Positions 1 to 10,161 of a stretch of 64,000 nucleotides of DNA are shown here, piece after piece. Position 1 is the stretch's first letter. Each line of letters opens with the position of its first letter. The DNA is from Acetobacteraceae bacterium. Its GTDB lineage: Bacteria; Pseudomonadota; Alphaproteobacteria; Acetobacterales; Acetobacteraceae. The position numbers were made by a program, and so were the translations under genes. The stretch is taken from the NCBI GenBank assembly GCA_965246915.1, contig CBDFGB010000018.1, positions 11,617 through 75,616 on the forward strand, read 5' to 3'. Below the pieces are notes generated by a model. It made no database searches. It was not told the origin of the DNA and saw only the letters and a program-made list of their open reading frames with translations.

Positions 1-671
1 CCGGTTCCCGCCGCACCGTGTTGACCGTGGTCGGCCTGCGCATGGCGGAAAACGGCAGCTCGTCGATCCACCAGTCACTCGCGATCAGCTTCATGGTGGG
101 CGTCGCTGGTCTTTCGAGCCAGGTGGGCACGGTGGCGCTGCTCGTGGCCGGTCTGACGGGCGCGGTCGTCGTGCCGCTCACCGGCCTGCTCTCCGACCGT
201 GTCGGCCGGGTGCCGGTCTATCGTGGCTTCGCGCTTTTTCAGCTCTTCGCCGCCTTTCCAACCTGGTGGGTGCTGAGCCAGGGCGACGCGACCCGCAGCG
301 TCATCGCCATCTCTGTCATCCTGGTGGCGGTCTGGGGCATGTTCGCCACGCAAGGCGCGCTGCTACCGGAACTGTTCGGCTCCACTCACCGCTACATCGG
401 CGTCGCCGTGGGACGGGAGATTTCGGCAGTGATCGCGGGCGGCATCGCCCCGCTGGTCGGCGCTTTCATCATCGCGCGGACGCAATCGATCTACGGCGGC
501 ACGAAGGACGCGGCGCTGCTGGCCTGGATCCCGCTCGCCGCCTATGTGGCCCTTCTCAGCCTTGTTTCGGTGCTGACGACGTTGCGCATGCCGGAGCCGC
601 GCGGGCGCGATCTCGACGATCCGAACGACGCGGGCGACATGCCCGTGCCCCGCATGGCCAGCCGGCCATGA
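1..671 (+). CDS. MFS transporter (MHS-type metabolite:H+ symporter), C-terminal part; 5' end lies outside the window
   Basis: Frame is open to the window edge. Successive hydrophobic helices and the motifs LSDRVGRVPVY and ELFGSTHRY are typical of the second half of MHS-family MFS permeases. Confidence 0.75.
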   Translation, partial: GSRRTVLTVVGLRMAENGSSSIHQSLAISFMVGVAGLSSQVGTVALLVAGLTGAVVVPLTGLLSDRVGRVPVYRGFALFQLFAAFPTWWVLSQGDATRSVIAISVILVAVWGMFATQGALLPELFGSTHRYIGVAVGREISAVIAGGIAPLVGAFIIARTQSIYGGTKDAALLAWIPLAAYVALLSLVSVLTTLRMPEPRGRDLDDPNDAGDMPVPRMASRP

Positions 672-684
672 AGCGCTCGCGGAC

Positions 685-1335
685 GTGCCGCGCGACGGGA
701 TGGCGCGACGCCGCACGCGCTCATCTGCGGCCGCGGGCCGCGGCAGATTCTTCTTGGCAAACCGTTCGGTCTGTGTCATTTCACGACTTGTGACCGTTTC
801 CCCCACCCCTGCTGCGCCCGGCCCCGACCTCGCGGCGCGATTCGCCGTGATTATCGAAGCTTTGATTGAGGACATCGCTAGGGCCGCCGGAAGCCGATGG
901 GGCTTGACGCCGCTGCTTCTCCTTCTGGTTCGTCCCTATCTCCGCGGCATCGCGAAAGACTTCGCGGCGGTGGTCGCCACGGCGCGACGAGCCGCCACGG
1001 ACCAACCCGACCCCGGCCGGGATGAAGCGGTGCCGCTCTCCGCCACAAACCCGCTCGTACAGCGGCCCTCACGGGGCCGTACGCCCCGGCACCGAACGCC
1101 GTCCGGCAAAGCGCTTCAGGACTCTCCGCCGCCCGACCTGGAGCGGACCGACCAGTGCGACCCCTCGTCAGCGCGGCGGACAGTCCCGGATATCCTCTCC
1201 GTGGATGCCCCCGCGACCTGGAAAGACTCGCAAGGGCGCTACCCCATGGCGCGGCTGCACCGTGACCAATGGCCGCCCATTCGACTCGACGATTTTACGG
1301 GAGCCTGTGGGACGCCAAAAGCCACGCACGCCTAA
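685..1335 (+). CDS. hypothetical protein; N-terminal segment is paralogous to the ORF at 37734-38522
   Basis: 216-aa ORF. PDLAARFAVIIEAL...W..PLLLLL..YL...VA aligns by eye with PDLAERLGPILLHL...W..PLGLLF..YL...VA of ORF 37734. No recognised domain; start uncertain. Confidence 0.35.
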   Translation: MPRDGMARRRTRSSAAAGRGRFFLANRSVCVISRLVTVSPTPAAPGPDLAARFAVIIEALIEDIARAAGSRWGLTPLLLLLVRPYLRGIAKDFAAVVATARRAATDQPDPGRDEAVPLSATNPLVQRPSRGRTPRHRTPSGKALQDSPPPDLERTDQCDPSSARRTVPDILSVDAPATWKDSQGRYPMARLHRDQWPPIRLDDFTGACGTPKATHA

Positions 1336-1459
1336 TTTGTTGCGATATCATAACATAAAACCAGGGTGTCGGGGGTTGCCGGCGCATTGTCGCGCACGCT
1401 CGCCGGGATGCCGGGAGTGTGCCTTGGCGCTTCCGGTGGGGGCGCGCTAGGACGGGGCG

Positions 1460-2128
1460 ATGCGCTACCTCCACCACCTGCCGCTGTCGCCCTATTGTCG
1501 CAAGGTCCGGCTTGTCCTCGCCGAGAAACGCCTGCCGTTCGAGCTGCGCGTCGAGAAGGTGTGGGAGCGGCGGGACGACTATTTGCACCTGAACCCGGCC
1601 GCGACCGTGCCGACCCTGTTGGAGGACAGCGGGCTCGTCGTTCCCGACAGCAGCGTGATCTGCGAATACCTGGAGGAAGCTTATCCCGACACGCCCCTGC
1701 TGGGCACGAGCCTCGGCGACAGGGTCGAGGTGCGGCGGCTGGTCGCCTGGTTCGACGGCAAGTTCGCGGTCGAGGTGACGGAAAACCTCACGGGCCAGAA
1801 ATACATCAAGCGGCTGGCGGGCCGGGGCCATCCGGACGCGGTGGCGCTGCGGGTCGGGTATGCGGCGCTGAAGGAGCATCTGCCCTATCTCGGCTGGCTC
1901 GCCGAGACGCGGAAATGGCTGGCGGGCAGCTCTATCTCTCTGGCGGATTTCGCCGCTGCCGCGCAATTGTCGGTGCTGGATTTTACCGGCGACGTCGACT
2001 GGACGCTGAGCCCGGCGGCGCGGGAATGGTATGCGCGCATGAAATCGCGGCCGAGCTTTCGCGCGCTGCTGAGCGACCGCGTGCCCGGCATGGCGCCGCC
2101 GATGCACTACGCGGATCTGGATTTCTGA
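1460..2128 (+). CDS. glutathione S-transferase family protein
   Basis: ATG preceded by AGGACGGGG. The N-terminal thioredoxin-like GST pattern (LSPYCRKVRLVLAEKRLPFEL..NPAATVPTL...SSVICEYLEE) is followed by a helical C-terminal domain. Confidence 0.85.
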   Translation: MRYLHHLPLSPYCRKVRLVLAEKRLPFELRVEKVWERRDDYLHLNPAATVPTLLEDSGLVVPDSSVICEYLEEAYPDTPLLGTSLGDRVEVRRLVAWFDGKFAVEVTENLTGQKYIKRLAGRGHPDAVALRVGYAALKEHLPYLGWLAETRKWLAGSSISLADFAAAAQLSVLDFTGDVDWTLSPAAREWYARMKSRPSFRALLSDRVPGMAPPMHYADLDF

Positions 2129-2229
2129 GTTCGTCCGTTGCGATGCCGCCACGACCTTGAAGTTAGCCCCTCCTTCACCCCGCCCCTCGAAACTCCCGCG
2201 AGACAAAGCGACTGAGCGAAGGGACGATC

Positions 2230-3684
2230 ATGGGAGCCGAACCAGCCCTGCGGCTGGACAACAGCCGGATCGTGGAGAGTTCCGACCGCGCCATCGCGTT
2301 CCCGGTCGTGGCACGGATCGTCGCCCTGCTCGACGTCGCCCTGCTCGCCGCGGGCGCGGCCCTCGTCGCGAGCTTTGTCGGGTCACCCCTGCCGACGGGC
2401 ACGACCATCGTCGCACTCGCCTTGTTCGTGCACGCCACGGCATTCCTGCTGCGCACCCGCGAAGCATACCGCACCGACCATCTCGGGCGGTTCGCGCGGG
2501 CGCTGCGGATCGTCCTGGTCGTGGTGATCGCCGCGACCGCCTGGCTTGGCGCGATCTGCGGATGGCTGCTCGACATGCCGGCGACCGGCGTGAGGTGGGT
2601 TTTGCTGACTGCGGTCATGAGCATCGCGCTCCTGACAAGCAGCCGCGCGGTGCTCGGCGTCCTTATCAGAAAATGGCGGGCGAGCGGGCTTCTGTCCCGC
2701 CACGTCGCGGTGATCGGCGCCAACGACTACAGCCGCAGTTTCATCGAGACGGTGCGCGCCGACCCGGCCTGCGGCTTGTCCATCATCGGGGTTTATGACG
2801 ACCGGCTGAACCGGGTGGCCGCCACGCATGCCGCCATTCGGGTGAATGGCAATGTCGGCAACCTGATCGCCGATTCACGGGGACGGCGCATCGACGCGAT
2901 CGTGGTCGCCCTCCCACTCACCGCGCATGACCGGATTGCCGACATCCGCCAGCGTTTGTCGCCCACGGTGGCCGATATCTTCCTGACGGCCGACACCGCT
3001 GGCCTGCGCTACGAAGGCCGCGATTTCGAGGCGCTGGGCCGCAATGGCGTCATCCGCGTCGGCAGCCGTCCGCTCAGCGACTGGGACGCGGCCGTCAAGG
3101 ACGCGTTCGATCGCGTTTGCGCGGCTGCGCTGCTGGTCGCGCTCTCACCGCTGCTGCTGACGATCGCCGCCGCGGTCCGGCTCGACAGCCCCGGGCCCGC
3201 GCTGTTCCGTCAGCCCCGCATCGGTTTCAACAATCGCCCGTTCAGCGTATTCAAGTTCCGGTCCATGTATGTGCACATGGCCGACCTCCACGCCGACCGG
3301 CAAACCACCCGAGACGACCGCCGCGTGACGCGCCTGGGCAAATTCCTCCGTCGCAGCAGCCTCGACGAATTGCCGCAACTGCTGAACGTGGTGCGCGGCG
3401 AGATGTCGCTGGTCGGACCCCGTCCGCACGCGGCGAACACCAAGGCGGAGAACCGGCTGTTCGACGAGGTCGTCGCGGACTATGCGCTCCGCCATCGCAT
3501 CCGGCCGGGCATAACCGGCTGGGCGCAGGTGAACGGCTGGCGTGGCGAGACCGCGCGGATCGAACAGATCGAACAGCGGGTCGCCCACGACCTCGCTTAT
3601 ATCGAGAACTGGTCGATGCTGTTGGACCTAAAGATCCTCATGATGACGGCTGTCGTCGGTTTCGGGGGGAAGCAGGCCTACTGA
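2230..3684 (+). CDS. undecaprenyl-phosphate hexose-1-phosphate transferase (polyprenyl glycosylphosphotransferase, WcaJ/ExoY-like)
   Basis: N-terminal TM helices plus a central domain. The C-terminal bacterial sugar transferase signature is present: PRIGFNNRPFSVFKFRSM...RLGKFLRRSSLDELPQLLNVVRGEMSLVGPRPH. Confidence 0.85.
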   Translation: MGAEPALRLDNSRIVESSDRAIAFPVVARIVALLDVALLAAGAALVASFVGSPLPTGTTIVALALFVHATAFLLRTREAYRTDHLGRFARALRIVLVVVIAATAWLGAICGWLLDMPATGVRWVLLTAVMSIALLTSSRAVLGVLIRKWRASGLLSRHVAVIGANDYSRSFIETVRADPACGLSIIGVYDDRLNRVAATHAAIRVNGNVGNLIADSRGRRIDAIVVALPLTAHDRIADIRQRLSPTVADIFLTADTAGLRYEGRDFEALGRNGVIRVGSRPLSDWDAAVKDAFDRVCAAALLVALSPLLLTIAAAVRLDSPGPALFRQPRIGFNNRPFSVFKFRSMYVHMADLHADRQTTRDDRRVTRLGKFLRRSSLDELPQLLNVVRGEMSLVGPRPHAANTKAENRLFDEVVADYALRHRIRPGITGWAQVNGWRGETARIEQIEQRVAHDLAYIENWSMLLDLKILMMTAVVGFGGKQAY

Positions 3685-3703
3685 GGTTTCGCCTCCCCCC
3701 GAA
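3661..3703. terminator. putative bidirectional hairpin between the convergent sugar transferase and clpA genes
   Basis: TTCGGGGGGA (3661-3670) pairs with TCCCCCCGAA (3694-3703), followed by CCGTTTT. The 23-nt loop is long, so the call is weak. Confidence 0.3.
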
Positions 3704-3713
3704 CCGTTTTGAG

Positions 3714-6056
3714 CTATGCCGTCTGCGGCTCCTTCTCGGTGCCGCCCTCGTCGGCCTCGCCGCTCTCCGGCTTCGGCAGCGCCGGCAGTGCGGCCTCGAC
3801 GATCTCGAAATCGAGCTTGCCGTCCTTCATTGTGACCTTGACCGCTCCACCCTTCACCAGCTTGCCGAACAGCAATTCCTCGGCGAGCGGCTTCTTGATG
3901 TGCTCCTGGATGACCCGGGCCAGCGGGCGGGCACCATACAGCCGGTCATAGCCGCGATCCGCGAGCCATTCCTTGGCCGCGCTGGACAGCTCGATCGTCA
4001 CGTTTCGGTCGGCGAGCTGTGCCTCCAGCTGCATGACGAATTTCTCGACCACGCGCCCGACGATCTCCTGCGTCAAGGCGGCGAACGGGATCACCGCGTC
4101 GAGCCGGTTGCGGAACTCCGGCGTGAACATCCGCTTGATCGCGTCCTCGTCCTCGCCGGTCCGCGCCTCGCGCCCGAAGCCCACGGCCTCCTTTGCCATG
4201 TCGGACGCGCCCGCGTTGGTCGTCATGATGAGGATGACGTTGCGGAAATCGACGGTCTTGCCGTTGTGGTCGGTCAGCTTCCCGTGGTCCATCACCTGCA
4301 GCAGGATATTGAACAGATCGGGATGGGCCTTCTCGATCTCGTCGAGCAGAAGCACGGTGTGCGGATGCTGGTCGATCGCGTCGGTCAGCAACCCGCCCTG
4401 ATCGAAGCCCACATATCCCGGCGGCGCGCCGATGAGGCGGCTGATGCTGTGCCGCTCCATGTATTCGCTCATGTCGAAGCGGGTCAGCTCGATGCCGAGC
4501 GTGCTGGCGAGCTGGCGCGCGACCTCGGTCTTGCCGACGCCCGTCGGGCCAGAGAAAAGATAGTTCCCGATAGGCTTCTCGGCGTCGCGCAGCCCGGCGC
4601 GGGACAGTTTGATCGCCGCGGCGAGCGCCGTGATCGCCGCGTCCTGGCCGAACACCATCGACTTCAGGTCGCGCTCGAGGTTGCGCAGCGTCTCCTTGTC
4701 GTCGGTCGACACGCTCTTGGGTGGGATGCGAGCGATCTTGGCGACGATGTCCTCGACGTCCTTCAAGGTCACCGTCTTGCGCCGCTTGTGCTCCGGCTGG
4801 AGCATCCGCGACGCGCCGACCTCGTCGATCACGTCGATCGCCTTGTCCGGAAGCTTGCGGTCGTGGATGTACTTCGCCGAGAGTTCCACCGCGCCGCGGA
4901 TGGCCTCGTCGGTGTAGCGGACCTTGTGGTGCTTCTCGTAGTTGGTCTTGAGGCCGCGGAGGATCTGCACCGCGTCGTCGAGCGAAGGCTCGTTCACGTC
5001 GATCTTCTGAAAGCGCCGGACCAGCGCGCGGTCCTTCTCGAAGTAGTTGCGGAATTCCTTGTAGGTCGTGCTGCCGATGCAGCGCAGAGTGCCCTGCGCC
5101 AGCGCGGGCTTCAGCAGGTTGGACGCGTCCATCGCCCCGCCACTGGTGGCACCCGCGCCGATCACCGTATGGATCTCGTCGATGAACAGAACGGCGGCCG
5201 GCTGGGCCTCGAGCTCGGTCACCACGGCCTTCAGCCGCTCCTCGAAATCGCCGCGATAGCGGGTGCCCGCCAGCAGCGCGCCCATGTCGAGCGCATAGAT
5301 CGTGCTCTTGGCGAGCACCTCCGGCACGTCGCCCTCGACGATGCGCTTGGCCAGGCCCTCGGCGATGGCGGTCTTGCCGACGCCGGGATCACCGACATAG
5401 AGTGGATTGTTCTTCGTACGGCGGCAGAGGATCTGGATCGTCCGCTCGATCTCCGAGTCGCGGCCGATCAGCGGATCGATCTTCCCGGCCTGCGCCTTGC
5501 GATTCAGATTCACGCAATAGGTCCCAAGCGCGTCCTGGCCGCGCTTGTTCGGCTTCTCCTCGCGCTCGCCGTCACTTGCCTCCGGTGGCGTGCCCTGCGC
5601 GGCGCGTGGCTGGCCCCGTCCGGGGGCCTTGGCGATGCCGTGGCTGATGAAGTTCACCGCGTCGAGCCGCGTCATGTCCTGCGTCTGCAGGAAGTAGACG
5701 GCATGGCTCTCGCGCTCGCTGAACAGGGCGACCAGGACGTTGGCCCCGGTCACTTCGTCGCGGTTGGAGCTCTGGACGTGGATGGCAGCTCGCTGGACGA
5801 CCCTCTGGAAGCCGGCGGTGGGTTTCGGCTCGGCCGCCCGTTCGGTCGCCAGGCCCGCCAGATCCTTGTTCAGGAACTCCGTCAGCTCGCCGCGGATCTT
5901 GTCGATATCGACGCCACAAGCTCGCAGAACCGTGGCGGCATCGGTATCGTCGAGAAGACCGAGCAAAAGATGCTCGAGCGTCGCGTATTCGTGCCGCCGC
6001 TCGCTGGCCAGCGAGAGAGCCCGGTGGATCGTCTGTTCGAGGTTGCGGGAGAGCAT
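3714..6056 (-). CDS. clpA: ATP-dependent Clp protease ATP-binding subunit ClpA
   Basis: Start taken at [37 protein letters not shown] (ATG at 6056). Two AAA+ modules are present ([15 protein letters not shown] and [15 protein letters not shown]) and clpS lies upstream. The extra 37 codons in the track ORF are ignored. Confidence 0.95.
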   Translation of the reverse strand: MLSRNLEQTIHRALSLASERRHEYATLEHLLLGLLDDTDAATVLRACGVDIDKIRGELTEFLNKDLAGLATERAAEPKPTAGFQRVVQRAAIHVQSSNRDEVTGANVLVALFSERESHAVYFLQTQDMTRLDAVNFISHGIAKAPGRGQPRAAQGTPPEASDGEREEKPNKRGQDALGTYCVNLNRKAQAGKIDPLIGRDSEIERTIQILCRRTKNNPLYVGDPGVGKTAIAEGLAKRIVEGDVPEVLAKSTIYALDMGALLAGTRYRGDFEERLKAVVTELEAQPAAVLFIDEIHTVIGAGATSGGAMDASNLLKPALAQGTLRCIGSTTYKEFRNYFEKDRALVRRFQKIDVNEPSLDDAVQILRGLKTNYEKHHKVRYTDEAIRGAVELSAKYIHDRKLPDKAIDVIDEVGASRMLQPEHKRRKTVTLKDVEDIVAKIARIPPKSVSTDDKETLRNLERDLKSMVFGQDAAITALAAAIKLSRAGLRDAEKPIGNYLFSGPTGVGKTEVARQLASTLGIELTRFDMSEYMERHSISRLIGAPPGYVGFDQGGLLTDAIDQHPHTVLLLDEIEKAHPDLFNILLQVMDHGKLTDHNGKTVDFRNVILIMTTNAGASDMAKEAVGFGREARTGEDEDAIKRMFTPEFRNRLDAVIPFAALTQEIVGRVVEKFVMQLEAQLADRNVTIELSSAAKEWLADRGYDRLYGARPLARVIQEHIKKPLAEELLFGKLVKGGAVKVTMKDGKLDFEIVEAALPALPKPESGEADEGGTEKEPQTA

Positions 6057-6393
6057 GGAACGACGCTCCTTATGGCTGCGAGGCTCGGCGCCGCGACCGG
6101 CGTCGACAGATGATAGTTGGTCCGACGCGACAGCCCGGCAAGCCGGCGCGGATCGCGTCCACCACACGCATTCTTTCGTGCCTTGCGACGAAGCGCACGA
6201 AGTTTCTTGTCTCGGTAACTTAAAAATGGTGGCGGCAGCCTACACCCCGCCGAATGACGGAGGCCCTTGGATCTAGACGACCGTTGGAGCGACGGAGCCC
6301 GTCCTGCCGCGCGCCGAACCGTCCCGCGATGAACCACCGTATCGTTTTCGGACGATCCGGCCGCCGGCGCGCGCTCGGCTCATTCGCCGCCGC

Positions 6394-6774
6394 TTAGTCC
6401 TTTTCGATTGTGCACTGCAGGGGATGCTGATTCTGCCGCGCGAGATCCATCACCTGCGTCACTTTCGTCTCGGCCACCTCGTAGGTGAACACGCCACACA
6501 CGCCGACCCCGCGCCGATGCACATGCAGCATGATGCGGGTCGCCTCCTCCCGGCTCTTCTGGAAAAACCGCTCGAGGACGTGCACGACGAACTCCATCGG
6601 AGTGTAGTCGTCGTTCAGCATCAAGACCTTGTACATCGCGGGCTTGCGTGTCCGGGCGCGGGTCTTGACGACGACGCCAGTGTTTGGACCGTCCGTGCCG
6701 TTATCGACGCGCCCATCCTCGCGCCGGAAGCCCGTCGACCGGACCGCACCATGTGGACTCGTCAGACGCATCAT
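6394..6774 (-). CDS. clpS: ATP-dependent Clp protease adaptor ClpS
   Basis: The core [24 protein letters not shown]...[24 protein letters not shown] is unmistakably ClpS. Start set at the ATGATG pair (6774/6771), the only in-frame start candidates near the core. Confidence 0.9.
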   Translation of the reverse strand: MMRLTSPHGAVRSTGFRREDGRVDNGTDGPNTGVVVKTRARTRKPAMYKVLMLNDDYTPMEFVVHVLERFFQKSREEATRIMLHVHRRGVGVCGVFTYEVAETKVTQVMDLARQNQHPLQCTIEKD

Positions 6775-7023
6775 CGGCAAACCGCTCGTCCTCTGCTGCA
6801 CGGAGCCCGCCGGCGACGGCAACTCCACGCCCGGCGTCGCGGCACGACATCAAACAGGAATGGCGGCATCCGACATTCCAGTCGCGAATGTTGGCGCGAC
6901 GGCATGCAAAGTTCAAGGGAAAGGCCCCGACCAGCCATCGCGCTCACGCGCGTGGCCGGCCGGGGCCTTTGGCAATGACCGGGCGTGACACGGCCGGTCG
7001 ATGTCGATGGTCGGCGTCGATGC

Positions 7024-7389
7024 TCAGTTCGGGCGCGCGAACTTCTCGATCGCGCCGAACTTCTCGGTCGCCACCGTCAGTCTGGCGGTGATCGGCGCCA
7101 TCGCCTGCTCGGCCAGCTTCATCGAAGCATCGGTCAGGCGCCCGGTGTCGGCCACAACCTTCTCGAGCGAGGCGCGAGCCCGCGTGCTCTGGATGTCGAA
7201 AGCCTCCTTCACGGACTTGGTCCCGGCAAGCGCCTTCAAGGTGGCCATCGTGTGGTCGAACTGCGCCTGCGCGCTCTCGACGAAAGTACGACCGAGGTCC
7301 TGCATGCCGGTGGCCCAGATCTGGCCAGACTTCATGACGGCCTCGACATTGGCCTGCCCGTGATTGATGAATTCTTCCGTCGTGCTCAT
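7024..7389 (-). CDS. phasin family protein (PHA granule-associated)
   Basis: MSTTEEFINHGQANVEAVMKSGQIWATGMQDLGRTFVESAQAQFDHTMATLKAL... is a phasin_2-like helical pattern with an AAGGA RBS 8 nt upstream of ATG 7389. An alternative in-frame start at 7752 would add a 121-aa Ala/Pro/Thr-rich extension. Confidence 0.75.
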   Translation of the reverse strand: MSTTEEFINHGQANVEAVMKSGQIWATGMQDLGRTFVESAQAQFDHTMATLKALAGTKSVKEAFDIQSTRARASLEKVVADTGRLTDASMKLAEQAMAPITARLTVATEKFGAIEKFARPN

Positions 7390-8016
7390 GGTGATGTCCT
7401 TGGTTACTTTTTGGGTTTCAGGGATCTCGGTCGTTGAGGCGCGCGTCGCCTCCGTCGTCGTCATGGCCGCGTTCGGTTCTGTGGACCCCCTCGGGGTCGG
7501 GGAGATAGCCTCCGGCGCGACCGTGGCCGCCACGGGCGCCGACGCCTTGGAGGCCGCGGGCCTCGCAGCGGCGATCGCGGCGTGCCGAATGTCCGGCAAC
7601 GCCGACGTGACCGCCGCGATGCTGGTCGCCGAGGCCTGGCCCACGATCGGCTTCGCGGGCTTGGCGACAGACGGCGCCGACCGTACCGGAGGAATCGTTT
7701 TGCCCACTTGCTCGTTCGGGTTCGTCTGCTCGTTCGATATGTCAGCCGTCATGTTGCGCCTCCCCCATCCTGTCCGCGTTCGCGTTGTGCATCGCAGCAA
7801 AGTGCACATAGCGACGCGGAGCGGCGGCCTCAAGGGTTTTATGGTGCACCGCACAAAAAACCTTACGGGGCTGCATTCCACGGGGCGAGTCGCTCGGCCT
7901 CTTGCGCCCGAACCGCCGCGGCCGCCGATCGAACGTCGCCCGCCAACCCTCTCATCCCGCTCGCTTACACGCGGCAGACGCTGGACAACGCAACGCCCGG
8001 CGGCGATGATCCGGCC

Positions 8017-9141
8017 ATGCGTGGCCCCAGAAGACCGGTGACGATCGCGTCGGGGCGGGGCCTGTGCGTGCTTGCCGCCGTGGCGATCGGCCTGGTGGCG
8101 TTCAGCCGCCCGGCATGCGCCCAGATCGGCTCCGAGCGCTACAGCTCCCTCGTGATGCGCGCAGATGACGGCGGCGTGATCTCCGCGATGAGTCCCGACG
8201 AGCCTCGATTTCCCGCGAGCCTGACCAAAATGATGACGCTGTATATGGTGTTCGAGGCATTGCGCGACCGCCGAATCGATTTGCGCCAGGTCGTGCCGAT
8301 CAGCCTTCATGCCGCGTCGATGTCGCCGTCCAAGCTCGGATTGGTGCCCGGCAACCGGGTCGATGTTCAGCAGCTCATTCTCGGATTGGTGACGAAGTCG
8401 GCCAATGACGGAGCCGCCGCGCTGGGTGAAATGCTCGGCGGCGACGAGGCGCGCTTTGCCCAGATGATGACCCTGCGCGCAAGGGCGCTCGGCATGAGCC
8501 GCACCGTGTTCCGCAACGCGTCGGGCCTGCCGGACGCCGATCAGATCTCCACCGCCCGCGACCTCGCGCTGCTGGCGCGCCATCTGATCGAGGACTACCC
8601 CGACGAATATCGCTATTTCAGCGTCCCCCAATTCGTCTTTCGCGGCCGGGTGATCCCGAACCACGACCGCCTGCTGCAATCCTACCCCGGTGCCGACGGC
8701 ATCAAGACCGGCTACACGGAGGCGTCTGGCTTCAACCTCGTCACGTCGGCGACCCGCGGCGATGTGCGACTGATCGGTGTCGTGCTCGGTGCCGCCCGGC
8801 CAGGCGAGCGCGACCAGCATATGGCCGCCCTTTTGGACACCGCCTATGAGCAGCTCGGCGTGCCGATCGCGCCGCGCCGCGAGCCTCCGGGACGCCTGAA
8901 TCTGATCTCGAATGCACAGGCGGCGGGCCTCGCGTCGCTCGCGCTGCCAGCGGGACTGACCAAGCCCCCGCCACGCAAGGCATTCGCGAAGCCGCCGCCG
9001 CGGCCTGCGAAGGTTCAGGCCAAGGCCCCGGCCAAGCCGGCTGCCGTCCGCGCCGCCAAACCCGCCCCAGCCGCCAAGGCGCTCAAGGCACCGTCGCGCG
9101 GACGGGCGGAAGCCAAGCGAGGCGCTGACGGAGCAGGTTAG
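8017..9141 (+). CDS. D-alanyl-D-alanine carboxypeptidase (serine peptidase S11, PBP5/6-like) with Ala/Pro/Lys-rich tail
   Basis: Start chosen at MRGPRRPVTIASGRGLCVLAAVAIGLVAFSRPACA (signal peptide). SxxK motif SLTKMM, SAND (LVTKSANDGAAAL) and KTGYT motifs are present. Confidence 0.85.
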   Translation: MRGPRRPVTIASGRGLCVLAAVAIGLVAFSRPACAQIGSERYSSLVMRADDGGVISAMSPDEPRFPASLTKMMTLYMVFEALRDRRIDLRQVVPISLHAASMSPSKLGLVPGNRVDVQQLILGLVTKSANDGAAALGEMLGGDEARFAQMMTLRARALGMSRTVFRNASGLPDADQISTARDLALLARHLIEDYPDEYRYFSVPQFVFRGRVIPNHDRLLQSYPGADGIKTGYTEASGFNLVTSATRGDVRLIGVVLGAARPGERDQHMAALLDTAYEQLGVPIAPRREPPGRLNLISNAQAAGLASLALPAGLTKPPPRKAFAKPPPRPAKVQAKAPAKPAAVRAAKPAPAAKALKAPSRGRAEAKRGADGAG

Positions 9142-9254
9142 CCGCGCGCAAACCCTTGCACGCGGACGGTGTGTTGCGCATCTTCGGCCGATCCGGAGAG
9201 CCTGTCGCCGGTCGGCGAGCAGGTTTTCGCAATCTCAGGGAGAGCAACCCTACC

Positions 9255-10058
9255 ATGGACGGCAGCGCCGACGCCCGCCGGATCATCCTGCATCGCCCGG
9301 ACGAATTCGTCGGTATGCGAAATGCCGGCCGGCTGGCCGCCGAGACGCTGGACATGGTGACCGACCACGTCCGCCCGGGCGTGACGACCGACCGCCTCGA
9401 CCGGCTGTGCCATGACTTCATCATCGCGCATGGCGCGACCCCGGCGCCGCTGCACTATCGCGGCTACCCCAAATCGATCTGCACCTCGATCAACCACGTC
9501 GTCTGCCACGGCATCCCAGGTGAGCGGCGTCTTGAGACCGGCGATGTGCTGAACATCGACGTGACCGTCGTCCTCGACGGCTGGCACGGCGACAGCAGCC
9601 GGATGTATTGCGCGGGCCCACCCTCGACGCGGGCCAGCCGGCTGATCGACATCACGTACGAGGCGATGATGCGCGGCGTCGCCGCCGTCCGGCCGGGCGC
9701 CACGCTGGGCGATGTCGGCCACGCGATCCAGGTCTTCGTCGAGTCCAATCGCTGCAGCGTGGTACGCGATTTCTGCGGCCACGGGATCGGCCGCAAGTTC
9801 CACGAGGCGCCGAACGTGCTGCATTTCGGCAAGCCGGGGGAAGGTCCGCTCCTGCGCCCTGGCATGTTCTTCACCGTCGAGCCGATGGTCAACGCGGGTC
9901 GAGCGGAGGTCAAAGTGCTTGAGGATGGCTGGACCGCGGTGACCCGCGACCGCAGCCTGTCGGCGCAGTTCGAGCACATGGTCGGGGTGACCCCGGACGG
10001 GGTCGAGGTGTTCACCTTTTCCCCGGCCGGGCTGCATCGGCCGATCTTTACGTCGTAG
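9255..10058 (+). CDS. map: type I methionine aminopeptidase
   Basis: MDGSADARRIILHRPDEFVGMRNAGRLAAETLD... The metal ligand context is typical of MetAP-I (GDVLNIDVTVVLDGWHGDSS, HGIG, FTVEPM, EHM). ATG at 9255 gives 267 aa. Confidence 0.9.
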   Translation: MDGSADARRIILHRPDEFVGMRNAGRLAAETLDMVTDHVRPGVTTDRLDRLCHDFIIAHGATPAPLHYRGYPKSICTSINHVVCHGIPGERRLETGDVLNIDVTVVLDGWHGDSSRMYCAGPPSTRASRLIDITYEAMMRGVAAVRPGATLGDVGHAIQVFVESNRCSVVRDFCGHGIGRKFHEAPNVLHFGKPGEGPLLRPGMFFTVEPMVNAGRAEVKVLEDGWTAVTRDRSLSAQFEHMVGVTPDGVEVFTFSPAGLHRPIFTS

Positions 10059-10161
10059 ACCGTAGCGGATCCGGCACAGATTGTCGGATCAAGCTCATTG
10101 ATGTTGGTTTGACGGCCTTTTCGCTTCGCGGGTCCCGCGGCGCTGTGTCAGGGTCTCGTCG

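Noticed and set aside
3117-6113. 998-aa ORF on the plus strand
   Set aside because: It lies entirely antisense to clpA, which has unmistakable AAA+ motifs. Its product is Arg/Ala/Gly/Leu-rich with no motifs. This is a typical GC-rich shadow ORF.
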